DNA of 64,000 nt from Octopus vulgaris (lineage: Eukaryota): NCBI GenBank assembly GCA_951406725.2, contig OX597825.1:64418001-64482000 (forward strand). Direction: 5' to 3'. Every line of letters begins with the position of its first letter. Positions within the stretch are counted from its first letter, which is position 1. Both the position numbers and the translations under genes were made by a program. The notes below the pieces were generated by a model that worked only from the letters and a program-made list of their open reading frames with translations, did no database searches and was not told the origin of the DNA. Below, in pieces: positions 13,821-28,709 of this stretch.

Positions 13821-14529
13821 GTTCTTAAAAGCTTGGAACCTTGATTTATTTATCTTAATTCTAATTACTGAAAATAGGCAACATAATTTCAGTACAAGTA
13901 TAGATTCGCACAACATTATAATGAACAAGTAGAATTTTTGTTTTCTATGCTCACCTCAAACAATCTGAAAGGCATAGCGGAAGAGCAAGCCAGAAGTACT
14001 TTTAAAAACTTTACTTTCTTCTAAATTGTCTCTTACCTCGATTTGACTTAACATTGTAAAAAAATATATATATGCTTCGCATTATGTGTAATAATACTTG
14101 TCCAAGATTCGATCTCATACCAAGCACATTATGTTAATGTCCACAGGAGAAAGGCTTGCTATATTCATCTGGATTATCTGCTTCAAAATGTTATCGGTGC
14201 GTGGATCAGAACGATGTCTGGAAAATGTTGTGGCATACAAGAAAAATGTTAGTGTTTTGGTTCTTATTTCATACCATCACAATCTGAATTGCAATGTTAT
14301 ATTTTGACATACAATTAAATTTAATTACTAAATGAATGACTAATGTAACAATACTTACCCTAACAGTTTACGCAATAAACACACTTGCTCCATATAGAGG
14401 TGTAGAATTGAAATCCTATAACATTTACATATATGCGAGGACCTCAATAACGTACATCAAATGTAATCGCATGTCCTTCAAATAATTCTACAAAATTTCT
14501 TGTTACTGATATTGTATACTGGTCTCAAA

Positions 14530-14712
14530 TTTTTGGTACAAGACTAGCAAATTGGGAAGAGAATGTAAATCGATTACATCGACCCCAGTACTCAACTGGT
14601 ACGTATTTTAACGACCCTCAAAGGGTGAAATGCAAAATCGACCTCAGTGGATGGACGAAACGCCACTAAGTATTTCTTCCGGTGTGCAAACGATCCTCCC
14701 GGCTCGCCGCCT
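14530..14712 (-). mobile_element. tRNA-derived SINE family D, degenerate
   Basis: Reverse complement of the GGCGGCGAGC head and GGTCGA...TTTCACCCTTT...GTACCAGTTGAGTACTGGGGTCGATG core; homologous to 54407-54640. Confidence 0.7.
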
Positions 14713-14745
14713 TCGCAGATACTGAATATTGAAATCTTATCGTGC

Positions 14746-14779
<34 letters not shown>

Positions 14780-15021
14780 TGTTGTGTCTGGGGGGAGTCT
14801 TTTTTTGCCTTATAATTTAACACACTCACCGGTAAAATTTCCACTTATTTATTACTTTATTTTCCTTAAATTTTAGTTACGTCTTGCAACCTTTTCCATA
14901 GTCTTACCAAAGACAAGTAACATCGCTAGAAATTATTTCTGATTCATTTAATATTTTGCTTTTTTTTAATATATTGTGATAAGAATATTTGTGGCTTATC
15001 TGCTATACATATGTGAAGGCT

Positions 15022-15296
15022 ACTTTATATATTTCATTCATGTTATTTCTATCAGGTAAAAAAATGTATGATAGTATGTTGTGTAGCTCCTTTTATTTTC
15101 GATAAAACTTATACGAAGTAGTCTATAGTTGTCTAAATGTAATAAACTTATGCGTATTATAAAGAAGGATATGCAGTAAATAAACGAACGAAAATCAAAT
15201 AACTTAAAACGGAACAGATGTGAAATACTTGGTTGGTTTATTAAGCTGCTTGTGAGAGAAAACATGAAAATGAAAACTGTTTCCACGGGTTATATG
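15022..15296 (+). repeat. ~275 bp direct repeat, copy 1
   Basis: Highly similar to 16678-16952; both give the same minus-strand ORF METVFIFMFSLTSS... Confidence 0.9.
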
Positions 15297-16677
15297 TTTT
15301 AGTTTTGTCTGGGAAAGTCATCATAATCAAATGGAAACATGATGGCAGATGTAAACAGTGATTTTGTTGTTATTCTTAACAAAATAAACGAAATCAGACG
15401 TTTTAACAATAATATGTAGTATTTGTTTACGATTTGTAATTAAGATTGTGCCAGAATTTAGAACACTTTATCAAAATTATGTTGTAATATCATTTCATTT
15501 ATTTTATTGAATGCTTTTTAAGAGAAAGTGAACGAAGAGATGTACCATAAATCACAAGATTATTCAGTCTACATTTTTCAATTTAGACGTTTCTGGGGTC
15601 ATTTATTTTAGACTATTAGCACATTTTTTACAATTCTTTTTCATATTCTTGTTAAAGAATATCTTTTTAAGAGTTGCCTCAACGGAAATAAATTAGTGAC
15701 ATTACAGATATACATTTACCCACAATATGAATAGCAGAGATAGTACTTAGAATGGAGAATTCTGAATCATGGTGTCTAATCCCTGTGAATGTTTCACTTT
15801 AGCATGGTAGACTACTAAAACTCTAGTCATTCAAAAAATATATGCGAAATCTAAAAGTGTGATAAGATCAATCGAGAGAATGCAAATAATTAAAAAATAC
15901 TTGATTGAAAACTGTTGGCAACAAAGTAATTTTACATCTACAGCCGTTGCCGAAATAAATAGCAAAAGAGCTGCAATATGAAATATGTTTTTGTTTATTT
16001 CTAATTTAGTTACATAATTCCTACGTTAGATTTTTCCCATGATAACAATTTTTGCTTTCCTTTGAGGAAATTTTGATCCCTATACTTCTTAAAAAGCAGC
16101 AGCAGCATCTAATGACACTGTCGTACAGGTAAGTAAAGAAACCCGATTACTATCGATTATTATACGAAACATAACATGTGCTCAAATGAGAGAAGAAACT
16201 GCAGCAGTGTCGCTATTTCCTCATTCCATGCACGCATATTATCTTCAACCAACACAACAACAATGACCTCCGCTCTGAGATCGAAATTCCATGTTTCAAT
16301 TTGAAGCTGAAGTTACGTACAAGGTGAAAATTTATGTAGCTCTTTGGATGTCCAGTTTTCTAATATCAGTATCTCCGCTATGAAATGAGTGACAGGTGAC
16401 TATCGGGATCTCATCCCATTTGCAGAACGAAATCGCAATGCCATCCTCTTGTAAACCACTGTCACTCCTTCAAGAGCTTCTTTTCCTCCAAATGTGATCA
16501 GCATTCGTATCTCTCTTCCTGGTTTGAGCAGAGCGTGTCAAAGAAGTCACCTCCGCTGCAGCTTAGCAGCTAATTCTACGCTAGTCCTACAATTATCACG
16601 CGTATTTCTATAACTTCGCACATTACTACTAGAAAGACGCTCATGTCTATATTTCATTCATGTTATATATTTCATTC

Positions 16678-16952
16678 ACTTTATATATTTCATTCATTAT
16701 ATTTCTATCAGGTAAAAAAATGTATGAGAGTATGTTGTGTAGCTCCTTTTATTTCCGATATAACTTATACAAAGTAGTCTATAGTTGTCTAAATGTAATA
16801 AACTTATTCGTATTATAAAGAAGGATATGCAGTAAATAAGCGAACGAAAATCAAATAACTTAAAACGGAACAGATGTGAAATACTTGGTTGGTTTATTAA
16901 GCTGCTTGTGAGAGAAAACATGAAAATGAAAACTGTTTCCACGGGTTATATG
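16678..16952 (+). repeat. ~275 bp direct repeat, copy 2
   Basis: Highly similar to 15022-15296; preceded by iterated TATATTTCATTCA units. Confidence 0.9.
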
Positions 16953-19900
16953 AAATTACCAGTACCAAAGAAAGTGACTGAATACTGTCATATATATTAT
17001 CGAATACATAACTCCTGATTCGCGTTTATTACAAATAACTAACAACTGTCAGTATTTCCAGTGACAGTAAATGAGGATACGCTTTCGTATCTGAATCCTG
17101 AAATAGACGTTAAAAAGTTGTATCGACCTTAATTGTTTTCTCCCCAAGAGACGAAAATCCTTTTGCATGTAAACCAAGGCTTGTAATTTAAACATTGTAG
17201 CTACGCCAACATTAAATTTCAGCTTATGAAACATTGATAGTTTTGTGTACACTGACGTTTCTACGATGTAAACGAATGACGTGTATGGAAATTACAAAGC
17301 TGACTTCAAGCTGATAAAAGTAACAAATATTTATATTTTGTAGAGAGCAATATTTCACTGAGAATAAATTAGTGGTATCCCATCGATACGTGTGATATAA
17401 ACTGCGGATAGTTAATGACTCGCCCTCGAGCTTAAAATAAAATGCGAGGAATTCATATGAATTAATGTTCTCAACTGTAGAGATGAACATCTGTCTCTGG
17501 CCAAGAAGATATTTCCAAATCCATTAAATTAAAAGTGATATATGGAATCTGTTGACTAGACAAGGGCCAATGACAGATGGCATGAAAATAGCAGGAAGGA
17601 CATGGTTTAAAAAACGGGGCGAAGATTGGCATGTGTAATCACTTGCAGGATTCGAAGAATTTAAAATCGATTTCAAGTAATGCTTTGCTGCCATTTCGAC
17701 CACACGCGTTTGCGAATATAAAATGCGATAATGGAGATCTAATTAATGGCGTTCATAGGGATCTAATTACCGGCACTAATAGCTACGGAATTAATGACGT
17801 TAATTGAATCTAAGAAATAGTTCGGCATTGGAATAAGCTGAAGATGGCCTTAAATGACTATCGTCATAAACCTTCTTGAAGGCTATAGTAGACACAATGT
17901 AGGAGAAAATAACAGTATACCCCCAGGAGATATTTTTCATCATTTCATAGATGTTAATTAAGCTAGCATGCAGCTGGAAGAACTGCAACAGTATATATAT
18001 AAGCTACAATCATTGCATGTATTAAATGAGAATTTGCGTTTGATAAAACACAATAATATGTGTGGGTACATGCGTTTAATTAAGGAAATATACATGACGC
18101 TGTCACAAATATTCGAGAAATATTTCTGATCAATAATAATTTTTTTAAAGATTTACGCAACAAATTAAACCGAACCTGATGGAGGAGAATATTTATGCGC
18201 GACTGCTAAAACTGGATTCAACATTTCTAACAAATACTATAACACAGCATTTGCAATATTGTTATCTGTCTTTTACGGATTCTATTTGAGTAGAGGTTAT
18301 TACTATTTCTAGTTTATTTTGGGATTGGAAAAATTCATGAAGTATTCTTGCTTCGCCTGTTGTTCTCATGTTCTTATCATATTTCCCATTCAATGAGACT
18401 AGATTTGTATGTGCTATAGTTACATATTCGTCTTGGTCAGACAGAAGCGACTAGCGAAATTAAATATATCCAAAGATATAATAAATAATGCCACAGCCAA
18501 TACAAACCAAATTCCAATACTTTGCGAACTCTCTTGAACAGAGAGAATAATTCAGACAGACATAGAACACGATCACTGATAATACGATGTGGTCTATTCC
18601 GCAATATACTGGCCAACTCTACATCAGGCTGTAAATCAAAGTGAAACAATTAAGAAATCAGAAATTGTTAACAGTCAAAGATAACCAACAAAACTTGGAA
18701 GTCTTTTAACAAAAGAGAGACTAAAATCGAAACCTAAAATTATGCGAATAATGAAATGTCGTTGGAGGTTATGTGGTGAGTGGAAAGTGTAAAATCGAAA
18801 TTGGAAGAATCGAAAAGAACTCAAGGTTATCGGAAATATGAATTAAAAATGAGTCAAATTTATTTCGTTACGTTCCTACATTTGCACAACATAAGTCAAC
18901 TGTGAACGGAATTAAAGAGGAGGGTCAGGGTATATAAACAACAAGTTAAGGCAGACCGTTTATGAAGTCATGACCAACTGAACATTTTGAAATTTGTGCT
19001 AATCACGAATTTCAGAAGCCCCGCCTTTCAATATAAAGACCCATATCTTGAAATTAACAGCGTCTTGTGATTCTTTGAGAGACAAAAGCTTGCATTTTTC
19101 TACGACATTGCATAATATATTCATACAAATCTCCTCTCTCTCCCTCTCCATCTCTCTCCCTCTCCATCTCTCTCTCTCTATATATATATATGAATATATA
19201 CACACACACATATGCATACAAATCTACCTTCTGTCTTTCCCTCTCTCTGTCTCCTCTCTCTGCATATATATATATATATATATATATATACTAAACATGC
19301 GCACACGCGCAATTATATATATTTATATGTCTATATACAAACCAGAATTTCTTTGATAAAAATTCACCGATGAATTTTAACTGATGATTTCATGTTCCAT
19401 AATTCCATATGACACAGTCTCAGACTGAAGGTCAGTATCCACGATTTTTTGTAGAAAATAACATTGCAATGAATCGAAAACGGACCGGCGTGTTTGCAAA
19501 ACAACTTTCCTTCCCACATCGTTAAGAAACCTAGAGAATACACTTCTCTCAATCGAAAATTGATTAAAGTCGCAGTAAGCAACGATAATTACAATGAAGA
19601 TGTCGTCATTTTTACATAATGCTTTGCTACACACGTGGATGTGATAACACCTTTGCTACACTAGTTGTTCCAGCAGAGAAATTCTTCATTGGTTACTTAC
19701 ATATTAGACAGTTCTTACTGGACTATGAACTATGGATTCGATGTTATTAATCATAAAACGGAACAGCTTTCAAAAATTGCCCAACACTCAGATCCGGTCA
19801 TTCCTAATCAAGCTTGGTATATTTTCAAGCATTTCGATTCTAAAAATTATATTGCTTCCTAGAGAGTTAGCAAATATAGGTATTTTCGCGTATTCATGTT

Positions 19901-20238
19901 CATTAAATAGTTCATTATAATGCGTACCGCATTATTTCATTTGATAAACTTTTAGATCAATTTTATTTCTCCATGCAATCCTTTCTTTTAATTTACTTTA
20001 CAGTGATTTAGATTTACTAAGTCAGGGTTACTACATACTGAGTCTTTGTGTAGTTAGTATAGAATAATTTCGAATATGTTTTTTTTATCAGCGACTAAAC
20101 TCGACAGATATGATTAATGAAATTGCCTTTCAGCATACATCAATTATAAGACGTCGATAGAAAATTTAAAGGTCATAAATAAAAATAGATATTGCTATTT
20201 ATAATGTATACATTTTAATACATAGTATCTCGCTATCT

Positions 20239-20542
20239 TTAGGCGCAGTGACCCAGTGGTTAAGGCAGCAGACTCGCGGAGGATCGCAGTTTCGATTCCC
20301 AGACCGTTGTGTGTGATTATTGAGCGAAAACACCTAAAGCCCCATGAGGCTCCGGCAGGGGTTGGTGGTGACCCCTAGTGTACTCTCTTGCCACAACTTT
20401 CTCTCACTCTATTTTCTTGTTTCTTGAGCAACGCTGCGATGGACTGGTGTCCCGTCCAGCTGGGGGGAACACATACGCCCCCAGAAACCGGGAAACCGGG
20501 TCCATGAGACTGTCTAAATTTGAAAAGGGCGACGTGTATCGT
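20239..20542 (+). mobile_element. tRNA(Arg)-like SINE family B, tail type Z
   Basis: Head GGCGCAGTGACCCAGTGGTTAAGGCAGCAGACTCGCGG...GTTTCGATTCCC; 13-bp TSD TATCTCGCTATCT (20226-20238, 20543-20555). Confidence 0.85.
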
Positions 20543-20602
20543 TATCTCGCTATCTGTCTCTCTCTTTATTTATCTATTTATTTATCTCCCTCGATCTATC
20601 TG

Positions 20603-20640
<38 letters not shown>

Positions 20641-20645
20641 CACAT

Positions 20646-20741
<96 letters not shown>

Positions 20742-21360
20742 AAGAGAGAGTAGCTTGGCAAAAAAAACTTTAAATAAGATAAGATACGTTTGTTGTTAGG
20801 GAAATACAATATGAAAAATAACACAACAAAACAGAGAACAAAGAAGAATAAAATCAAACAATGCGTACCAACATTGAATAAATAGACACAGCTTGCAATT
20901 GAATACCTTCGTAAATGAAACATGCACAGTTAGCGTCTAACTCAACGAAAAAATACAATGACATCAATACATATGTGTGTTTTCTGATAGCATTTAGTGT
21001 GTGAACATTGAATCTTAGTAATCCCGTTGCATTCATACAACAGCAGAGGTAAGAAATTATACGATAAACAAAAGAAAAAGTATAGTGACAGAAAAGGAAA
21101 AGATAATATACTCAGCAAAGTCCTTCAAATATTCAAATCATTGCATATTCACTTATTGACTTTGCGTGATAGCAAACGTCTTTGATCCCGATGTTACAGA
21201 AGAATGCAGCGCATGCTGGAAGGTCAAATAAGGCTAACTGACCGACAGCACAATTACATCAAAGGCCATGAACATGTATTTATATTTAAAAAATATTATT
21301 ATTGTTGTTGTTGTTATAATTATCTTTATTAATGTTATCGTCGTTATTTTTATGCTGTCG

Positions 21361-21375
21361 GCAGCAGCAGTGCCT

Positions 21376-21457
<82 letters not shown>

Positions 21458-21482
21458 GGGTTGTTGTGGTGGTTGTTGTTGT

Positions 21483-21514
<32 letters not shown>

Positions 21515-21519
21515 TAGTG

Positions 21520-21572
<53 letters not shown>

Positions 21573-21930
21573 GGTGGTGGTGGTGGTGGTGGTGGTGGTG
21601 GTGGTGGTGGTGGTGGTGGTGGTGGTGGTGGTGGTGGTGGTGATGGTAGTGGTGATGGTGGTGGTGGTGGTGGTGGTGGTGGTGGTGGTGGTGGTGGTGG
21701 TGGTGGTGGTGGTGGTGGTGTTGGTGATTGTGGTGGTGGGGGCAGCATCGGCAGCAACAGCAGTAGTTGGAATAGTAGTAGTAATAGTAGTAGTAGTAGT
21801 AGTAGTAGTAGTAATAGTAGTAGTAGTAGCAGTATTAGTGGTGGTGGTGGTGGTGGTGGTAATAGCATCCGTGGCATTGGTAGCAGCAGCGGCAGTAGAT
21901 GTAGCAGTAGTAGCAGCGGTAGCAGCAGCC
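21361..21930. repeat. compound (GTA)n/(GTG)n/(GCA)n trinucleotide array
   Basis: Direct reading; explains the poly-V and poly-P/L ORFs. Confidence 0.95.
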
Positions 21931-23779
21931 TTGCTATTGTCAATATTGTTGTTTGGTGATGTTACAATTTTTTTTTTTTTTTATATTATTGTTCCTTTTG
22001 TATCGTCGATGCTCTAGTTCACATCGAATGACCTTTCTCTCCAAATTACGTAATAATGCTTCAAATACGTTGAAATTTTTTTTTTTTTTTTACTCCCGTA
22101 TTCCCATATGGTTAATAATTACATCGCTACACCACCATTCAAATAACTAACAAACGAACAAACTAACAAGACAAAAGAAATGAAATTAAAAAAAAAAAAA
22201 TTATTATACCTTAACCAGTCATATAGAAAGCAAGCATTACCTGACGTTCTCAAAACTGTTTACTTGATTTCTCTACTGATAAATTATCGATTTATTGATG
22301 TCTTGCGTGACTTCTATGTTTTCTAGTTGCTGTTTGTTAAGAAAAAATATCGAAACAACAAGTACAACAAAAAAAAATGAAAACGGCAACAACAAAATAT
22401 GATAAACAAACGACTTAACATTTTATAACTACTAATAGTTTGTGAGGAATAGCGAATCAATGTTCGTCTCTAATAAAATATGTGAAAGTCCCCTACGGTT
22501 AACCACGCTACAATTTTTATACCATGCGTGATTACCCCCAGCCACCATATCAAACCAACGAGCCACCGTCATGTATCAGAATATAAAAGATAAGATACGC
22601 CATACTCATAAACTATAAATTTTAATGCAGATTTGCAGCAGCAGCAGGTAGAGTAAGACGAAAATAAAATATTCCATAAACTCCAGACATTCACGATCTG
22701 CTAAAATTCAAACACTCATAGTACAGCGCACACATACACAAGGACACATACGCAAAGACAAGTACACAAATATACACACACACAAATTAAAAATAGGACA
22801 GTGATTTTCAGAATAATTCTCAAAAGACTATGAAAATGGGAAAGGTTTAATTAGAAATTTTCCGAATGCGTAAAATATAGAAAAGATGGCGCAATATACG
22901 GTGTTCAGTATAATTCATAGGCGAATCTTTGTAAGGTTTGCATAGCCTATATTTATTTTCTTTATACTTACTTCGATGTTTTCTATTAGAGAGAGCACTA
23001 AAGAATGTTAATCAATATATAAAATCGAAGTATTTACACAATTTTTTGTCATTAAATATTATGTTCTTGGCTTTCATCACGTGATACTAATTAAGTCGCA
23101 CAGCAATTGATTAGATCAGATCTTTCAGTCCTAGTTTGTGCTAATTTAGCAATCTAATTTCTTGTAAATCCTATATGCATTTTCTTTTTGCGATGTACAA
23201 TATCAGTTACTGAAGAAAATCCGTAAAGAGAATATGACGTGTAGCAGGTGAATATGAGGTACTTATAAATCTGATCCTTAAAAAGTGACTAATACCGTAA
23301 GAACGACTTTGAATTAATTGATTTTAAAATATAATCACACAATTACCAATTAGTAATTACATCGGCACCGTTAATATTTTCCAAAACCTATTCTTATGGT
23401 CTATACATAAGGTTTTACAGTTTTGGTTTCAACTTTAGCTAACCTCCCTCTTGAACATAGTCAGCACTTTTGTGATAATGATCCAGAATGAAGGTTTTTA
23501 ATTCTCAATTCTACTCCTTTAAAGTATCACTGAAGCTAAAAGCAAAGTAAATATCGGCTTAGGGATACTCTTCTACATGATATTATTGTATTTCATAATG
23601 AGTTTCAATTTAAGCTCTGAACAATAAGTTAGAGAGATGACGAAATTGAAATAACGTAATATTTCTCGCATAGACGGATGAAAGAATGAGATATTCCTCA
23701 CCGATTTGAAACACATCTAAATAAATATCAAAAGGGCAGAAGTCTCGAAAAATGAATGATTCAAACAATCACTCACAGC

Positions 23780-24013
<234 letters not shown>

Positions 24014-24029
24014 GGACTAGATTTTTATT

Positions 24030-24345
24030 GTCTAGTCCCCAGATAATAATAATCAAGAATTGTAAAAGAAATCCTTTACTGATGATAATGCAGACTCTTC
24101 TGGGCAGTATATCGCCCAAAAGGAAGTGAAGAAATTGTCAAAGCACAAAGATCTTGAAACTGAATTATTCAAGGTGTAGGGCACGAAAGTAAAACCCATA
24201 CCGATAATAATTGGAACATTAGGTACGATAAAAGAGAAAAAAGGCTTGAAAAAAACCGGAGAAGCTATATTTTGGCTGTCATCACTTCACACCATCCCAG
24301 AAAATAGCCCTACGAGGAACAGCCCAAGTCATACACAAGAGTACA
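24030..24345 (+). mobile_element. R4/Dong-like non-LTR retrotransposon 3' remnant (restriction-like endonuclease C-terminus)
   Basis: Frameshifted translation KEVKKLSKHKDLETELFKV*GTKVKPIPIIIGTLGTIKE...KIALRGTAQVI resembles the RLE motif K..KY.DL..E...W....PI.IGALG...QK.AL.GTA.I. Adjacent to (AAT)n. Confidence 0.7.
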
Positions 24346-25329
24346 ACCCAAATATAACAATCCAGAAACACACGACACACTCCATACAGCAAATATCCAA
24401 TAACATAAACAACCGCATCATGTATCTGCAGGTCGGATAAACAACAAAACTCAATTAGCATAAAACGACAACGCATTATACAAACATGAATACCACTCGT
24501 GATAAAACGAACTGATGCAATATGATACCGGGAGGAGTTTGTACTCCTACAACAACAAGAAAAAATGCTGCACATGTCTGAACAACAATGCACAGGAAGC
24601 GAAGGAGGGTGAAAGTCCTGGATCAACACTGTCATCGCCTTTGACGAACCATCATAAGCAGCAGATACGCAAAATGTTCGTTAATTTTTCTTATCTGTGT
24701 CTATGGCTGTGTCTATGGCTGTGTCTATGGCTGTGTAACGTACGACGTTTCTTTGCATTTGTACATTTGTAGTTTTGACTGTAGATTGGCCTTGCTTGTG
24801 TTCGTTCTAGTATACAATTTCTTAATATTTGTTATATTATTTTTGCTGCTGCTGCTGGTGGTGGTGGTGGCGGCAGCGTTGGTGGTGGTGGTGGTGTGGT
24901 GTTTATTGGTGATGGTGGTGGAGATAAAGGAGTTGTTACTGGCATTTTACTCTCTTCAGTGTATCTTGCCTAGATTTTTCCGAATGTAGATATTTGATTT
25001 GTCTCACTTATTATCTCTCTCTATTTTCGGAGGGATTTCTCCACTTTTCATACAAGGTATATTTGAGTGATTTGAAGCATGGGAGAGGGCGTCTTGTGAT
25101 GCTATGCTGGTGTAGGTGGAATATATTATTCATGATGAGTATGTTGTTCAGGTTATTGAAGTTACTGTATTATTTTCTTTTTGACTGTCACCGGAGATCC
25201 TGCCTTGTTTTTTTTCAGAACCTGTTGCAGTTTCTTCGTAGTTGCTGCTCTTGATGTTTCTGCTCTTTCTGATACAGTTGTACGTTTTTATAGGTCTTTT
25301 AATCGTTACAATTGTGGTCTCGAAATTTT

Positions 25330-25860
25330 GCAAGCTTTTGCTTTCTGTTATGGACAGAAGGTTTTCTTATCTTAATATTATCTCATAAGAAACACCCCAA
25401 TGATTTCCCTCCTCCCCTAACATGGAGTTCTTGGCATAAAAACAAATGATCTGGAATCTTTAGGAGATGATCTAGTTTACTTTGTGATAGAACCTCTACT
25501 GCTACACAGGACCAATTCTCCTGCTATGTTTCTTGACATCGAGGAATTTGTTTTTTTTACTCCACCATATCACACATTACAAGCCACCAGATGTTCGACT
25601 TTTGTGGCATACCTGATGACTTCACTTTTGTCCGTCTTTCTAGATAGCAGGGAAAATCCCTCTTTCCAAGTGCAAAAAGTCCCTCTTTCCAAGCACAAAA
25701 ATCCCTCTTTCCAAGTGCAAAAATTCAAGTGATTCTTCGTTATCATTTGCTCTAAGATTACACGAAGGATCATTGTTGATTTTGCTCACGGTGCACATTT
25801 ATTATACAGCTTTTTACTATCACTGTATAGTAAGCAGTTTTTTGTTTCTTTGTTTTGTGT
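25330..25860 (-). mobile_element. degenerate ORF1 remnant of a Tx1/L1-like LINE
   Basis: Frameshifted YLERRTKVKSSGMPQKSNIWWLV...QENWSCVAVEVLSQSKLDHLLKIPD parallels YLRRRASRVRV of 59705-60300. Contains a 3x ~21 bp tandem AAATCCCTCTTTCCAAG. Confidence 0.4.
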
Positions 25861-28027
25861 GATGGGTCTGTCTTCACTTTTTAAATTGCTCTGTGAACAA
25901 AGTTTTTGATGTACGATAATATTTCATGAAAAAGCAATCATCATTTCCGACAGATTTTGTTTCTGTAGTTAAAAAATGTAGCAAAGAAGACATGACTGTA
26001 GGTCTCCCTGTGATTTCCAAAATTTCATAGAGCATAAATACTGAGTTTAAATAATAAATGAAATGTTTAAAAGTCAGAGGAAATATAATACAAGCAACCA
26101 TATCCTGTTTATTTGATAAACTAACAATAAGTTAATACATATTTAACTTTACACTGGCTGAAATATCATGAATTTTTAACTGATAGTTTATCTATAATGC
26201 TATAAACTATACATGTGATTCGGTAATAACTCTTCATTTTATTTGGTTTTGTTTTATTTGGTTAATATTCAGTGACTAGACATCATTTTCGTTGGAGGAG
26301 TCCATCGTAACTGCAAAGTATATCATTACACAATAGCCATAGCCTATCGTCAGCTTTATTCCGTATGCCCACAATCCTACATACGCAGAATCGACCATTT
26401 TTCCCTGCCAATTCTCTCTTGAATATCTACCGCCATTCAATGCCCAATTTGTTTCTAATTTTTGTATCAAAAATCCGTCGTTGATTTTCTGCAGTTCGAA
26501 TAGAATATCAACCATCTCCTTCACATATGTTTTAGTGTCGCTGCTAAGGGCATGGAAGCAACATAATTCTCTAGAGAAAAAGTATTTAAAATATTTACTA
26601 TTATGATAAAGTATTAACTTCCTGTGGTATTTTATTAACTATCAACTCAATTAAATGGTTTATGAAGAAGTAATGTTTTCATTCACGGTCATAGCGTAAT
26701 TTGAAATGTTTAACCGGTAGGAGCGTTTTCTCCTTAAACAATGCGCTACTCTTTACGTTGTTCTACTCCAATGAAGTATGAATTAATACCAACCGAGTGG
26801 TGGTGCAGCTCGTCTGGTTTTAATTTATATTTTCACACTAGTTGTCATATTGTGGATGTATCGCTGGGTCGATATATCACTGGATGTATCGCTGAGTCGA
26901 AAGTGTGTGTATGTGAGTCTGTCACTTCATGAGTACACCTGCATCAGAAAGGCTTAGTAAATGAATGGTACAAGTTACTAAACCACATTTGTTCGTGGGT
27001 GCCGATTGGATCTTTAATCAGATAGATTTACCGATAAGAGTACAGTGTATTTAACGATAGTCCTTAACAGTTTGAGGTGTAATCATTGGCAAGTTTTTTG
27101 GGGTTTTTTTTTCTTATTCTAGGTACTGTTATTATATAAGCGCCAGTCCATTTCTGAAGTTATTTAACCAATAGTGTCTTTGCTCCACATTGAAAACCTT
27201 GTTTCAAACTTAGGAAATCTTATTAGATCGTGTGAGTGGTGAACTGTTTGAATCGTTGGAACGTCGCATCATTTTCTTCTTATTGTATATATTACGTCCG
27301 GAACTCCCAGCGAGATTGCTTTTGAATTTCAAAATTCCAGAGTGGATACAGTCAATTATTTTAAGGAAATTAAATCGATTACACCTTTCTTTAAAACTGT
27401 GTGACATACCATTAAAGTATTCTACATTACCGCAGGACTAGAAGAGTCAAATTACATCCATTAGTTTACGTGGTCTCATTGTTGTTGTTGTTGTTGTTGT
27501 TGTTTTTTTTTGGGGGGGGTCTTTTTTGTCTTTTCTCTCTTTAAAATCTTCTAGGCACTATTTTGTCTCATGATTGTCGTGATGATTATATAACAAGATG
27601 AGTTTATTGCATTTAATGCTTCCCGCTAAATATTACCATTGTTGCACGAAAATTAATCGTCGTTAGACGCAAAACACACAGTGGCACTCAATTTAAGATA
27701 TGACGAAACTGTCTTTACATATGATTTTAAACCTATAACATACGAAATTGCTAATAAAATGCTAATGGAAGTCTTTACAAAATCTCTGCGTGATTTTTAT
27801 CGATGTAATCGTAAATCAACGGAGTTTGTGATGTTTCTAAAATGTAGTAAACTTTAAATAGATAGATAGATACACACATACATACGCACACACACACACA
27901 CATATATATATATATGTATATATAATATAGTATATATATATATATATATATAATATAATATAGTATATATGCATGTGTATGTTTGTCATATGTACATATA
28001 AGTGCATAAGTGTATGTAAGCATAGAG

Positions 28028-28103
<76 letters not shown>

Positions 28104-28115
28104 GGATAGATAGAT
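28028..28115. repeat. (GATA)n microsatellite
   Basis: Direct reading. Confidence 0.95.
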
Positions 28116-28267
28116 ATGAAATACTGTGGTGATATATTAGCTAAGGGCCAAATCAACATTGCATTGTGCTTTAGCCAGGTACTGAAAAACGTGGAGAAAT
28201 TGCCAAGCGGTGTACCCATAATGAGAAAGCAGTAGCAGCAGTAGCAGCAGTAGCAGCAGCAGCATCG

Positions 28268-28319
<52 letters not shown>

Positions 28320-28329
28320 ATAAAGCGAA

Positions 28330-28708
28330 TGCATAATGCTAGATAATTGACTTTACATTCCGGACTGATGAAGAAAGAAATCAAACTGGGAGGTATAGGA
28401 AAAAATAGCAAAGTACCAGGACCTAGCCATTCAATTATAGAGACTATGGAAAGTGCCAGGGTAAAATGTATCCCAGCAGCTGCACATGCACTGGGAACAT
28501 TCCCTAAAGATTTGAACAGATGGATAGAGGAAACAGGCATAAAAACTCAGTTTAGTACAGCTCCAAAAATCTGTATTATTAGAGACTGTTACGATACTCA
28601 GGAGGATTCTTGGCATCTAAGGTTTCTTATTGTAGCCCATGTCAGGATTTTTTCTTTTTCAACAGTCTAATCTGTTGTCTGCATATGAAAATAACAATAA
28701 TAATAATA
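28330..28708 (+). mobile_element. R4/Dong-like non-LTR retrotransposon 3' end
   Basis: EKIAKYQDLAIQL*RLWKV / VKCIPAAAHALGTFPKDLNRWIEETGIK / LVQLQKSVLLETVTILRRILGI* across frameshifts, then a short 3' UTR ending in (TAA)n. Confidence 0.8.
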
Positions 28709-28709
28709 T

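Noticed and set aside
14860-14905. Possible degraded HHR (GGAAAAG-GTTGC-AAGAC-GTAAC-TAAAA) on the minus strand
   Set aside because: The core and GAAA are both mutated and no stem I is evident.
15038-16942. Duplicated 82-aa ORF (METVFIFMF...) as a gene pair
   Set aside because: Starts at GTG, is AT-rich with no recognisable domain, and is explained by the DNA duplication alone.
21268-22017. 249-aa poly-Val ORF and antisense poly-Pro/Leu ORF
   Set aside because: Microsatellite artefacts.
25655-25722. CRISPR-like array of ~21-bp repeats
   Set aside because: Only three adjacent units with no unique spacers, in a eukaryotic context; a simple tandem duplication.
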